From contig NW_027362772.1 in assembly GCF_046119375.1 (NCBI RefSeq), positions 65,906,001-65,970,000 of the forward strand: 64,000 nt of DNA, in the 5' to 3' direction. Under the pieces are notes generated by a model that saw only the letters and a list, made by a program, of their open reading frames with translations, had not been told where the DNA came from and did no database searches. The position numbers were made by a program, and so were the translations under genes. How positions within the stretch are numbered: position 1 is the stretch's first letter; every line of letters begins with the position of its first letter. Source of the DNA: Phyllobates terribilis. Taxonomy: Eukaryota. Of this stretch, positions 1-12,930 are shown in pieces.

Positions 1-533
1 ACCCCCACTTTTATGTAACGTGCTGGAGTGCTGAAGACGAGTGCTGCGCCCCCACGACCACCGCCCTGCGCCAAGTTACACTAGTCACCAGAGATACATA
101 GTCTCAAGCTGGCTGGGTTTGCAAAGCATGATTTCTCTAAAAATCCTGCATTTCAGAGTAAAACATACATGGCTGCAATAACGCAGTCGGTGTCGTGGTC
201 CTGATGGCAGGAATCAGTTGACATGATGGTTTTTATTTTACCATTTTGTCCAGCTTCTTTTAGCCATTTGAGGGAAGTAACCTCTGTGTGTCTATCCATA
301 TGAATCCGTAATCATACGCAGACACAGTATGGCTCCTATAGACTTCTGTGAGTGTCATATTACAAGTCAGTATGGTACGGAGCTGTAATACCACGTGCTT
401 AGTCATATTTTGGGGTCAGGCCCAAAAGATTTGTAAACTGAGCTAGATTTATTAATAACATATGCCATTATTTTGCCATAAAATATTGGTGTAAAGTATG
501 TCAGCCAAGGTTTGGTGTAAAGAAACCTTTTTA

Positions 534-843
534 CTAGTGATGAGCGAGTATGTTTTGCTAACCTTTTCGCCGAGTATGCTCGAGCGAGCACCGAGTATTT
601 ACAGCTGCTCGGTGATATGTTTGAATCACTCCCGTGTGCATGATTTGCGACGGTTTGACAGCTTTAATACATGTGAGGAATGTCTTCTTCTTATACATTC
701 CTCACATGTATTAAAGCTGTCAAACCGTCGCAAATCATGCACACGGAGTGACTCAAACATAACACCGAGCAGCTGTAAATATTCGGTGCTCGTCCGAGCA
801 TACTCAGTGAAAGGCTTAACAGAACATACTCGCTCATCACTAG
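534..843. mobile_element. Palindromic MITE (CTAGTGATGAGCGAGTATG...CATACTCGCTCATCACTAG)
   Basis: Long terminal inverted repeats plus inner inverted arms; a partial relative ends at ~7520. Confidence 0.75.
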
Positions 844-1074
844 TTTTTACTATATCTAACAGGATTTGCTAAATTTCTCGCACTGTGGTCAATTTTAGGT
901 AGTTACTGCCTGTCTGGTCTAGTTTAAAACATGAATTGAGAACAATAAATTGGTCTTAAACAGAGTGACATTGATTTGGGACGGACAATGGTTTCAATGG
1001 TTGAAGGAAAACTGAGGGTGAAACCAACACAACAGACCTCATTTATCAAAACAAAGAGGAAAAAAGCCCTGTAT

Positions 1075-1159
1075 CCCATAGCAACCAATCAGAGCTCAGC
1101 TTTCATTTGCTAAACTGCTGTGGAAAAATGAAAGCTGCGCTGTGATTGGTTGCTATGGG
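1075..1159. repeat. Short imperfect palindrome, MITE remnant
   Basis: CCCATAGCAACCAATCAGAGCTCAGCTTTCATTT mirrored by AAATGAAAGCTGCGCTGTGATTGGTTGCTATGGG. Confidence 0.65.
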
Positions 1160-1479
1160 CCTGTTTTCATGTTAGATTATTAGGCCTAAAGTGAAGACCA
1201 GGCCTGGGGAGATTGTTATATGACACCTTAGAGAAAATATATGTATCATGCACTGCCTCCATTGCTTTCTGCATGAGATATAACACAGTGTACGGGGTTT
1301 TATCCACAATGAAGACATTCGGTTGTTATTGCATCCTGTTGAAATAAAATGGGATCATCCGATAGAAATCAAATGTGTTTCAGTAAAATTCAAGAGCAAA
1401 TCGTTCTAAAGTCCTGATTTTTTATGGAATTTTTCCTTGAACAGGAAAATGAAGAGGTCGGATTGGGTTTTCTTTTTAA

Positions 1480-2656
1480 CCCCTTCATAATCTATGATGT
1501 ATGGATACGTCATAGGTCGTGTCCCGGTATTTGATGCGGGCCCCGACGCTGAGCCTGCATCTTTTCAGGCGCGTGACAGCTGATCTGGTCAGCAGTCATG
1601 TTCCCCTAAAAGCCGCGGGTGGAATCACGATCCACCTGCGGCTGTTAACGTGTTAAATGACGCTGTCAATCTATGACAGCGTAATTTAACTCGCGCTAAC
1701 CGGAAGCGCGTCACAAACCCCGTCCATTGTCGCCCCTGTCACATGATCACGGGGCACAGATAGGTTGGCATGACAGCTGGGGGTCTGCAGAATAGGAGAT
1801 GATGATTTTTGCTACACATAGCAGGGCTGAAACCCTGCTATGTGTAGCATAGGTGATCGGAGTCTCCTAAGGAGACTCTTGAAGCATATAAAAATTTTAA
1901 ACAATATTGAAAAAATTAAAAAAATATAAAAGTTCAAGTCAACCCCTTTTTTTCCCCATTCATAATAAAACAATAATAAATAAATAAAAAATACACATAT
2001 TTGGTATTGCTGTGTTCAGAAATGCTCGCTCTATCAAAATGCAAACTACAGTACATTAATCCGATTGGTAAACAGCGTAACGAGAGAAAAAATCAAAACA
2101 CCAGAATTACGTTTTTTTGGTCGCAATAAAATGCAATAACGGGCGATCAAAACATTGTATGTACCCTAAAATTGTATCAATAAAAATGTCAGCTCTGCGC
2201 CCAAAAAATAAGCCCTCACCCGGCCTCAGATCCCGAAAAATGGAGATGTTATGGGTCTTGGAAAATTAAGCCATTTTTTTTCTATTTTTTCTTTCACCAT
2301 CACCACTTAAATAAAAAAGAACCTAAACATGTTTGGTCTCTATGAACTTGTAATGAGCTGGAGAATCATAATGGCAGGTCAGTTTTTTTTTTAGCATTTA
2401 GTGAAAAAAAAAAAAAACAATTGTGTAATTGCACTTTTTTTGCAATTTCACCGCACTTGGATTCTTATGACTGTTTTCCAGTGCACTATATGGTAAAATC
2501 AATGGTGTTGTTCAAAAGTACAACTCATCCCACAAAAAAAAAAAACAAGCCCTCATACGGCTATATTGACAGAAAAATAAAAAAGTAATGGCTCTGGGAC
2601 GAAGGGGAGCAAGAAACGAAAACGGAAAAAATGGAAAAACCCAAGGTGTGAAGGGG
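1480..2656. mobile_element. Non-autonomous piggyBac-like element
   Basis: TTAA|CCCCTTCA ... TGAAGGGG|TTAA (TTAA at 1476-1479 and 2657-2660); no transposase ORF. Confidence 0.7.
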
Positions 2657-3885
2657 TTAATAGTAATTGTTATTAGGGGATTTTGCCAACGTTTCGAGGG
2701 ACTGGGTTTAAATCATATTTGCCAACTTTTTTGGCAAAGTTTTAAATCGTTTTCCATAACCACACTTCTTTACATGGTACACCCCCTCCGCTCTTTATTT
2801 GCTTTAACCCCATCCACACCTCTTCCATACCCCCTATATTGGTGGGTCAAAAAACGTTGCATTTCAGAAGGCAGGGTTGCCAACTTAATTTTCTAATTTT
2901 TCTGGACAGCCTATCAAAAATCAAGGACAGACAATATTTTTTGTGGTGAGAGGGGGCAGTGGGATGTGGAGTTGATCTTTTGATTCATTTATTTTTTTTA
3001 ATCATGCTCATATCATAGTGTTTAATAATGTCTATTCATGCTAAGGGGCTCTTGATGTAGTAAGTCCCATGGAGATTATACCAATGGATTAGGTTTAATC
3101 ATGTTCAAAAGGGATATTATCATGAATTATATGTAATAATTTGATTAATTTCTTATTACATTATCATATTTATGCACTTGCACTTTTTGTATATATTAAT
3201 TTTGATGTCTATATATAGTATTATTCATGATAGTATATTAAGCACTTGCACTTTTACATATTCTTATCCCTTCGACCGTGTTCTATTACAGACAAACACA
3301 ACTGAGTTTTATTATAGTCAAAAATATAGTGACATGGCTCCACTAGTATCTTTTTTATGAGACATAATATATAATCTATACATGGATCCATATCTGACAT
3401 ACCTTCTACTCCCCTCATTTGAGCTTCATTTTTAATTTTTCAGTCTTGTTATATGTTTTTTTTAATTTGTTTATGTCTGTGCCTTTTTGTGTTTTTATTT
3501 AATTGTCATAATAAAAAATAATATTTTATATGATCGTTTGTGTCCGGTGAATATCTTTATTAGGTTGTTGACATTTTTTGTGGACCCATTGGAAAACCAT
3601 AATAAATAATTTTGAGTATAAGTGAGAAATGTTAACTGTACAGCCCATAATTCTTATATAGAGACATTAGCAGTATTCATTTTAAACTGTAAATTGATGG
3701 TTATTAGAGTTAAAACAATCTGTATAAGTTTCTTCAACTTAAAAAAAAATCATTGATGACTAAAATTTTTTTTTTTTTACAAACAAGGCAAAAAGGGTCC
3801 TATTTTTACAGACTATCCTGAAATTTCTGGACTGTTGGCAACCCTGCCAGGAGGTAACAGCAGGGAGGTTTACCATCTCTTCCAT

Positions 3886-3908
3886 TTAGTCTCCAAGAGA
3901 GACCGGAG
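3886..3908 (-). CDS. Gene 1 putative terminal exon: internally deleted copy of the c-type C2 exon, reads (S)PVSLGD*
   Basis: Intact acceptor GGTTCACAG (ends 3909) and upstream intron match those of the 10911 and 26664 exons; CTCCGGTCTC is joined directly to TCTTGGAGACTAAATGGA; TAA at 3888-3886. Confidence 0.5.
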
Positions 3909-4545
3909 CTGTGAACCAGAACATAACCTCCTGTTACTAAACTCTCCATAAAATGACATTTTTAGGCAAAAATTAGAATATGAGGAGCTGCAATTGTTTT
4001 CAGTACCAAACACCTAACATGAAATCAATATCCACCCTTGAACACCAGAAAATAAGTTTACAATCATATTATAAATTCATCCATATTTCTTTATAGCAGT
4101 CAGAGCTCATTTTTTATCATATAATGCTCCAAATTCCCCGCATAGACTTCCACTACCTGCAGTCACCACTAAGGGGGGGCTGATGAGATTACTGTACACT
4201 CTGATACTATTGGGTTCAGTATTCAGTAAGCTCCTGAGCTCCCCCTAGTGGTGGCAGCAGGCAGGTAGTATGGGATTGTTTGACTCTTTGCCCATATTGG
4301 AGATTTAGAGCTTGAGATTTAGAGCTCAGTATTAGAAAAAATATATATATTTTTTACGAAAATAAAATTCTGAAACTAATAACAATATAGTGTTAAAAAT
4401 TGAATCTTTATAAAAGTTCCAGCATTTTTAGAGGTATTCTCTTCAAGAAGCATATGATTTAGGGCATAAATAAACTGCTTATTATTAGTATTTACTAACA
4501 TTATTTATTTATTATTGTATATATTCTTATACTTTAGATACTCAC

Positions 4546-4830
4546 AGGCCAGGTTGAGGTACAGTCTACTGCTGTTTTCACTGTTTATCCAGTTTTTAGC
4601 CGTACACATGAAATATCCATTATCCTTAGCATATATAGGGCTTATTATGAGTATGGAGTTATTTAGGGTGAGCTGGTATTGGGGGTCCTGCGGTAATTCT
4701 GCTCCATCCAGACTCCAGGAGTAAGTGACATCTGTACCATTAGATGAACACCTTAAGGACACAGAATCCCTTCCCGGCCACAGTAACAGGTCCGATGTGT
4801 TACTGGTCATGGTTACTGCAGATACAGGTA
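4546..4830 (-). CDS. Gene 1 Ig C2 exon b3 (VPVSAVTMTSNTSDLLLWPGRDSVSLRC...GYFMC...LNLA)
   Basis: TTGTCAG acceptor, GTGAGT donor, 285 nt, phase 1/1, C-W-C Ig pattern. Confidence 0.9.
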
Positions 4831-7800
4831 CTGACAAGAGAGAATATTGGATTAATATTCACTTAGAGATCATCTTACTATTGCCTGTACTCCAGCAACA
4901 TGTTACATGAAATCCCAAGATCTGCAGTATAACATTTAGTATTTGGTTTATTTTTCAGTTCTTCCGAGTGTAAGAAAGTCCTTAGTGAGAGCAGAAAGAT
5001 CCGAGAAGACACTGTCTGTAGACAATCCTTCTTTGAAACAGAGGTTTATTCAGAGAAGCGCAACGAAGCAGGTACTGAAGGCAGTGAGCTAAACACGCAG
5101 ACATGCGCAGGTGTCCAGACAAGCATAAAAATCTGGCGATGGTCTGGTGATGGTGTGGTCCCAAACAACAGTATCAGGGACTTTTTATACATAGTTAGAC
5201 AAAGAAAACGACATACTGCGGAAAAGTACTATGATTGAGCACAGGATGGGAATAAATGCTTTGTTCCTGATGTGTTTCCTTGTGGGCTGTAGTATTGGTA
5301 ACCAGCCACAAGATGCCACTGTCTAGAATGCAGATGAGAGGTAAAGTTTGCCAATAGCATTGCAGGCATTTAGGGCAGTGAGAGAGTTAACTATGTATGA
5401 GGACAGCCCACAGAGGGTGGGCACTTTAGGAAATCTCTGATTAGTTTTCCAGGAGAAAGAAGTGAAGAGTAAGTATTGTATAGTACCTGGGACAGGCCAA
5501 ACAGGCTCTGTATACTGGCTGCTAGTGTAGACGTGGGCCCTGTATCTCAGACAGTGGATCACCAAAAAGAGAAGAATCTCTCCCCAAAAGTCCCCTTAGC
5601 CGGCCTCGGAACCTCAAGAGAATCATTGAGGACCACGGGGAACATTCTGTCTGCAGGCTGCAGAAGAATTTAGGACTCAAGTCTAGGACATGGGGAGAAT
5701 AGGATCCGGATATACTGTCACTGGTGAGGAAGATTTTCTAGGGCTAGAGAACAAGGCAACAGAGATGCTTCACCTAAATTGGAAACCAGGGCTGAAGTTA
5801 TGTCAAGTACCTGTGGGAAAGATGACAACCCGTTGGGCCTTATCCTTTATTTCTGCCTGTAAATATTGTAAATATTCCTACTTCCCAAGTGAAGTCCCAG
5901 TTATTGTTATGAACCTTGTGTCTTCTGAATTCAATGCTGCCCTGGTTCCAGAAGAGAAATGCCTGGAGAAAGACGCAACCGACTGGTCAGAAGTAAGTGG
6001 AAAACACCACATGCACCGCAGCACATCAGAGGGACGACACATCTTGTCTGTAAGGTGTCAGAGCGAGTATGAGCTACAGCTTGCCCACGACTACCTCGCT
6101 GGGGTACCTTGCATTTGGCGTAGTCGGCAGCATGTGAGCTCCTCGCATGAAGAAAATGGGGAAGAGTCAACTCAGAACACAGAAGGGAAAGTATGGGAAC
6201 GCATGCAGCCCAAGACGGCGGCCCGAAGCATGGATTCCAAAATGGTGAAAGTGGCGGTAAAGAACAGGAAAAGAACCGCATATCGGGGGAGTGGACGGCG
6301 CCCGAGAGCATGAAAAGGTGTCCAGCCCCTACGAAACAAACTGAAAAACTGACTGGAAGCATTATTTGCTATCCAAGCAACAACCTTTTCACACTTCTCT
6401 GGCTTCAAGAGTGGCGTTCTGCGATCCCCTAGAAATTGAGACAGGAAGGTAGGTGGACATGATGTGAGTGTTTGTTGTGCTCCTTCAGCAGGCACAGTTT
6501 CATCTTGTCCAAGGTCTTGGCCTCTGTGTGCACCATCAGCATCACGTCCACTTCACCGTCCCTTGCACCGTGCCTTGCCCATTTTAAATACAGTATAATC
6601 TTTTGCAGCTTGCAAAAAAAAATCTGGATTAATACCGCAGTATTTGATCACATCTGATGACCAATTCTTTTGTTCTTTTGCCCAGTGACTATATTGCGAT
6701 GCTATTGGTCAGCGAACAAGTGTGAATATATTTTGGACACACAAGTAGCAGACTTTAAATGGAGTATAATATTTTGCAGCTTGCAAAAAAAAAAACAGGA
6801 TTAATACCGCAGTAATATTTGACCACCTAAGATGATGGACAAGTTTCTCTGCTTCCACAATACAGCAATGCTATTCAAATCAACCAAATCTGGCTTTATG
6901 CTGCTAACAAACAAATGGAGCAGTAAAAATGGTGTATTATATTGCTTTTCACCAAAATTAGCAGGGTTAAGAGCAAAAAGAATATTATCAGCCCTGATAT
7001 CTAGGGCTATTGATTGGAGTTCCAGCAGCAGAAAGAACGTGCAATATTCTGTACTATACTAGGTCTCCACAAACTCCGCCTCACTAATGCTATCTGCAGT
7101 ATTAATATTTTTTCAGAATTAGTCCTTACAAGGACTGTTAGTGTAGATTAATAATAGTGGTGTGGAATCTCTGTTTAAAACAACCGCCAATTCTCTTCCT
7201 CGTTGAGCTGAATCTCTCCCTACTCTGTGTCTTTGATCAGTAGACTGTGACGAGCATAGGGTCACCAGTTCTTATATAGACCTGATGACGCTATGCGGCC
7301 AGACCATCACTGTAATGTTACAACCAACGTGGCTACAGCATTACAGTGACTGTCAGACAATCCCTGCATAGTAATTGGCTGCCTAAAATGCGCCCAATAT
7401 GCGAGGGGGGGACTAGAGCTCCCGCACGAACATTGAAAAAATACTCGCTGAGCACCGAGCATCTCGAGCACTGTGATACTCGGGCGAGTAACAAATAGTG
7501 GAGAGCACGCTCGCTCATCACCAAAGTCCATCCCTATGTCTTTATAACAGTCAGAGCTCATTTATCATACAATGCTAAAATTCCATGCAAAGACATGCAC
7601 TACCTGCAGTCACCACTAAGGGGAGCTGAAAAGACTATTGCATATTCTGACACTATTGGGTTCAGTATGCAGTAAGCTCCTGTGCTCCACCTAGTGGTGG
7701 CAGCAGGCAGGTAATATGGGATATATTGATCAGTATTATAAATAAAATAAAGTGAATTTTGCAACTAAAAATAGAGTGTTTCAAAAAATTTACGTTTTAA

Positions 7801-7938
7801 AAATGTTCCTGCATTTTTGGAAGAACTTTCTTCTAGAAGTACGGGATTTAAGGCATAAATAAACCTCTCATTATTAGTAGTATTTGCTAGGAGTATTTAT
7901 ACTATTATTATATACATTTTTATCATTTAAATACTCAC

Positions 7939-8223
7939 AGGCCAGGTTGAGGTACAGTTTGCTGCTGTTTTCACTTTTTATCCAGTTTCTAGCCTTACAC
8001 ATAAAATATCCATTATCCTTAGCAGAGATCGGGCTTATTATGAGTATGGAGTTATTTAGGGTGGGCTGGTATTGGGGGTCCTGCGGTAATGCTGCTCCAT
8101 CCAGACTCCAGGAGTAAGTGACATCTGTACCATTAGATGAACACCTTAAAGACACCAAATCCCTTCCCGGCCACAGTAACAGGTCGGATGTGTTACTGGT
8201 CAGGGTTACTGCAGATACAGGTA
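7939..8223 (-). CDS. Gene 1 Ig C2 exon b2
   Basis: TTGGCAG acceptor, GTGAGT donor, 285 nt, near-identical to b1 and b3. Confidence 0.9.
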
Positions 8224-8298
8224 CTGCCAATAGAAAAAAAAAAAATTTAATATTCATATAGAGAATCATACCAGTGCATGTGTTCTTGAAACATGTTG

Positions 8299-8400
8299 CA
8301 TCTGTACCATTAGAGGAACACCTTAAAGATGCAAAGTCCCTCCCCGGCCACAGTAACAGGTCGGATGTGTTACTGGTCAGGGTGACTGCAGATACAGGTA
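8299..8400 (-). pseudogene. Partial (5' third) duplicate of the b exon with its own acceptor, in frame with exon b2
   Basis: TTTGCCAG acceptor; VPVSAVTL...RCSSNGTD, then homology stops; frame stays open through 75 nt into exon b2. Confidence 0.8.
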
Positions 8401-8531
8401 CTGGCAAAAGAGAATATTGGATTAATATTCACATAGAGATCATCATACTAATGTCTGAACTCCTGGTATATGTTACATGAAATCCCAGTCATGTCTTATA
8501 TCGTTCTTCATCCTGGTCTTTCAAGTACATG

Positions 8532-9095
8532 TGTCACGGGTGTGTCAGAGGTGACAGTTGCCCTGCAGTGGTTTGCAGGAGATCTCCACGTTTGTCAATG
8601 CAGACAGCTGCCTAGATAGGAGGCTGTGTTTAGGACCCAGCGACTACCTCCCTTTAGTCTGGGTGTATATATACCTGGTGTGTCTAGGTGGGCGTCGCCG
8701 GTTATACTCATTTCTACTTGGAACTTGGCTGAAGCAGCATCACGTCCTCTCTGGAGCCTTGAGGCCGTGTGCCCTGTTGGAGTTCTTCTAAAGCTGAGTT
8801 GTTATCCCCCTGTGTTGTTTTCCCCTTTTGTCTTTAGAGTGCTAGCGGAGGTTGACTAGTGCTCATCTCCTTCCACCCCTCGCTATACCGTTACACCAGG
8901 GATAGTAGGACGAGGTACGTGATTGGCGACAGCTGCGGAGGCTGTATAGGGACATTAGGGGAAGACAGGGTGACGCTAGTCCAGATTAGGAGGTCAGCTC
9001 TTCCCCCTTTCCCTAGTGTCTGTGCTCCCTTTCCCCTCTTTGTTGCACTCACACCTGGTGTAACTCTCTGTGTTGCACTTACACCTGATGTGACA
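8532..9095 (+). mobile_element. Solo LTR, family A (TGTCACGGG...GTGACA)
   Basis: TG...CA ends, 5-bp TSD ACATG on both sides; homologous to copies at 28376 and 35942. Confidence 0.85.
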
Positions 9096-9474
9096 ACATG
9101 ATTACTACACCAATCACTTGATCACCTAGGAATACAACCCGGGGTCACCGTCCATCAACCGCCTACAAATCAATCAGTTAACCCACCTCCACCATCCATT
9201 TAAGGTCTTTCAGGAAGAGGCTGTGTGAACCATATTATTTCCATAACCATAATCCCTTCCTGTCTACACTCCACATCTCTTTTGAACTGACTCCACGCTC
9301 CTTCCAATCCAACTACATGGATGAAACCTTCCAAAAGATTTTCATTCCCGGAGATATTAGGAGGATTCAACATATTACCATGATATTTGTCTTTCTGTAG
9401 TCCATGAAGTCTTGCTATTTTCTGGAAATCTCATAGAGTTGGCAGATATTGTCTAAATTGAAGAACATTCTCAC

Positions 9475-9747
9475 CTGATACAGTCAGACTCAAGGAGTCG
9501 CTGGTGTTAGAACTTCCAGGATTCTGAATGGTGCAGGTGTAGGACCCACTGTTGGCCTCAGATATTGGGGTGAAGTCCAGGAATGATCCCCTGCAGATCA
9601 CACTCTGAGAGCAGATAATCTTCTGACCATCACGGTAGAAAGTATAAGAAGTCACATTCTGACTTCCGGCATCACACCGGAGGGTCACATTGGTGCCATC
9701 AACAATACGATCAGAGATTATACTGAGAGATGGTACAGTTAGGTCAG
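9475..9747 (-). CDS. Gene 1 Ig C2 exon a2 (DLTVPSLSIISDRIVDGTNVTLRC...SGSYTC...LTVS)
   Basis: CTTTTAG acceptor, GTGAGA donor, 273 nt, phase 1/1. Confidence 0.9.
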
Positions 9748-9884
9748 CTAAAAGCAGAAAATAAAAAGATGAAAGGATTATTCACAAAAACAATATTCTA
9801 TATAGTCCGCCGTATTATTGAAAACAAAAAATAGAAAAAAAGGAAAATCTAGAAGATTTTATATATATATACTGTATATATACA

Positions 9885-10425
9885 GCATTGAACATGTCAC
9901 CAATTTTCTAAATAAATATATTTCTAAAGGTGCTATTGACATGAAATTCTCACCAGTTGTCGGTAACAACCCATCCAATCCACACAGGAAAAGATGTCTA
10001 TAAATTATGTAATAATAAGAAATGACACAGATAAAAAGTATTGAACACATGAAGAAAGAGAGGTGCAAAAAGCCATGAAGAGTCATGACACCAGCTGAAA
10101 TCTATTAGTAATTAGAAAGCAATCCTGCCACTTAGTAAAAAATAATATCAGCTGGTTCAACTGCTGGCCTATAAAAAGGTGTCTCATTACCAAGGTGCTA
10201 CAAAAGAAGCATCTCATGATGGGTAAAATCAGTGAGTTGTCTCAAGACCTTCACAACCTTATTGTTGCAAAACATACTGATGGAATTAACAGACAAATTT
10301 CTAAACTATTGAAGGCTCCAGTGAGCACTGTTGGGGCCATAATCTGGAAGTGGAAAGAACATCATAAACCGGCCATGACCAGGTTCTCCCCACAAGATTT
10401 CAGACAGAGGAGTGAAAAGAATTCT
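9885..10425 (+). mobile_element. Tc1-like transposon 5' fragment
   Basis: TA|CAG start, Tc1-type TIR sequence, decayed transposase N-terminus MGKISELSQDLHNLIVAKH...VSTVGAIIWKWKEH from ~10218. Confidence 0.75.
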
Positions 10426-10617
10426 GCTGAAAGCTGAAATCTGCAGCAGATTATGGACCCAGTCACAGAAACAGAAAAAGCACAGCTTAGTGAACAGAAG
10501 TATCTGCCAGAGGTTCACATCTCTTCTATAGAAAACAAAGAAGGAAGATGACCAGAAGTTCAGAGCTTAAATTTTCAGTGGAAGAAAAACTAAACCATAA
10601 TATCTCATATTACTTAC

Positions 10618-10911
10618 GTTCTAATGTCAAGGTCAGCGCATTGCTGGTCTCGCTATTCACCAAGTTGGATGCTGTACAGGTGAATGGTCTGGCGTCATGC
10701 CTGGAGACGGGGCTGATGGTGAGAGTGGAGTTTGGAGGAGAATCACTCTGAATTATGAAGTATAGAGGGTTTGAGGACACTGGTTCTCCATTTAGTCTCC
10801 AGAAGAAGGAAATGGCTGAACCCTGAGCTGAGCAATGGAGAGACACCGAGTCCTCTCCTGCCCAGAGCACCGCTGATGTGTTACTGGTCAACGTCACTGC
10901 CGAGACTGGAG
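10618..10911 (-). CDS. Gene 1 Ig C2 exon c1 (PVSAVTLTSNTSAVLWAGEDSVSLHC...PFTC...LTLE)
   Basis: TTCACAG acceptor, GTAAGT donor, 294 nt, phase 1/1. Confidence 0.92.
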
Positions 10912-11645
10912 CTGTGAACCAGAACATAATGTCCTATTACCAAACTCTCCATAAAATATGCAGAATATGAGTAATTGCAATTTTTTTCAAACTGGAAGCC
11001 AATGTTAAGCCTTGAACACCATGAAATACATTTCTAATCATATTGTAAGACCATCCACATTTTTAGTGGTCAGAGCAAATTTTTTTTATCATACAATGCT
11101 CTAGATTCCTAAAAAAATGCACTACATGCAGCCACCACTAGGTGGAACTGAGGAGCTTACTACATTCTCTGTTGCTACTGGGTTCAGTATGCAGTAAGCA
11201 CCTGTGCTCCCCCTAGTGGTGGCAACAATCAGGCTGTATGTTTTTGTTTAACTCTATGTTCAGTATTAGAAATATATATATATATTTATATATATATAAA
11301 TCCAAAAGAACAAAAATAATAAGTGACCAGATATACCTAATTAAATAAAGAACCTATAGATGTGAATCATGGTCAATATAAAATAGACATTTATTGAAAA
11401 ATTCATTATGAATTTTTATATTGACCATGATTCACATCTATAGGTTCTATATATATATATATGTATAAGAATTTAACATTCTGAAACTAATAACAATATA
11501 GTGTTAAATAAAATTGAACCTGTATTTTTGGAGGTATTCTCTTCTAGAAGCACAGAATTTAAAGCATAAATAAACTCCTTATTATTAGTATTTACTAACA
11601 TTATTTATTTATTATTGTATATATTCTTATCATTTAGATACTCAC

Positions 11646-11930
11646 AGGCCAGGTTGAGGTACAGTCTACTGCTGTTTTCACTGTTTATCCAGTTTCTAGC
11701 CGAACACATGAAATATCCATTATCCTTAGCAGAGGTCGGGCTTATTATGAGTATGGAGTTATTTAGGGTGAGCTGGTATTGGGGGTCCTGCGGTAATGCT
11801 GCTCCATCCAGACTCCAGGAGTAAGTGACATCTGTACCATTAGATGAACACCTTAAAGACACCGAATCCCTTCCCGGCCACAGTAACAGGTCGGATGTGT
11901 TACTGGTTAACGTGACTGCAGATACAGGTA
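11646..11930 (-). CDS. Gene 1 Ig C2 exon b1
   Basis: TTGGCAG acceptor, GTGAGT donor, 285 nt, phase 1/1. Confidence 0.92.
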
Positions 11931-12546
11931 CTGCCAATAGAAAATATCAGATCAATATTAGACAGAGCATGTAGAGGGTTATGGAGGGTTTAACCTCAAA
12001 TAATTTTGGACAACCGTTCTCAGGATCGGTATGTGCTCCAGCAGTCGGACCACTCCCAATCACAAAAAGTGGACACCACCATGATTACATGATTTTGTAT
12101 TTGCCTACAGTGTGAGCCATTCAGTTTCAGTTAAGGGTAAGTGCAGAATAAGTTATTATTAGTGAATCCATTTGGCTTCTACAGCCTCTAATTATCACAG
12201 TACATAGCAGACTGCAGAATGAGTTACCAGTGAATCCATCAGTAAGATCATTCTGAAAGCATGGTCTGTAACCCTTATTTCTCTCCTGTCCTGAGTTCTT
12301 AAACTGAATTATGACCACATGAAGGTTAATTTGATGTGGTCAGCTGGCCATAAATGAGCTCTATCACCCTTATCTCTCTTCAGTCCTGAACAACCTCTGA
12401 GCTGATTTATGACATGTTGACCACATCAAAGTTCAACTTTCATATGGTGATATATCCAAAGTTGCTCAGGACAAAAGCGAGATAAAGGTTATAGACCCTA
12501 CCAGTGTCGGACTGGGGTGCCAGTAATATCAACTCAAGGGCCCCAC

Positions 12547-12930
12547 TTTCACGGGTGTGTCAGATGTGACAGACAGTCGCCCTGCAGTTGGTTTCAGGAG
12601 ATCTCTTTGTTTGACATTACAGACACCTTCTTAGATCTGTCTTACTGTCTTTAGTTGTTAGAGGATACTGACTAGCGCTCACCCCCCCCCCCTTACCTAG
12701 CCAGGGCCTAGCTCTAGGGTGATACAGGGTTTTAGGTTCCTAATTGGCGATTGGTGAGAAACCAATATAGGGATGGAAGGGAAGACGGGGTGATATCAGA
12801 TCAGCCTAGAAGGTCTACACTAACAACTAAAGACAGCAAGTGGAGACAGATCTAAGAAGGTGTCTGTAATGCCAAACAAAGAGATCTCCTGCAACCAACT
12901 GCAGGGCGACTGTCTGTCACACTCGTGACA
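12547..12930. mobile_element. Fold-back derivative of LTR family A
   Basis: 5' LTR sequence forward (12547-~12815), then the same 5' ~110 bp inverted (~12821-12930, ending CGTGACA). Confidence 0.75.

Noticed and set aside
4969-7200. ORFs 5690-6313, 5931-6362 and 6172-6495, with TATA/AATAAA-like motifs and a repeated GCAGCTTGCAAAAAA block
   Set aside because: Looks like a mosaic of decayed TE sequence, but I could not match a protein family or define ends and TSDs
7282-7300. Other CTGATGA hits (7282, ~55063, ~6654)
   Set aside because: No stem II followed by GAAA; not hammerheads
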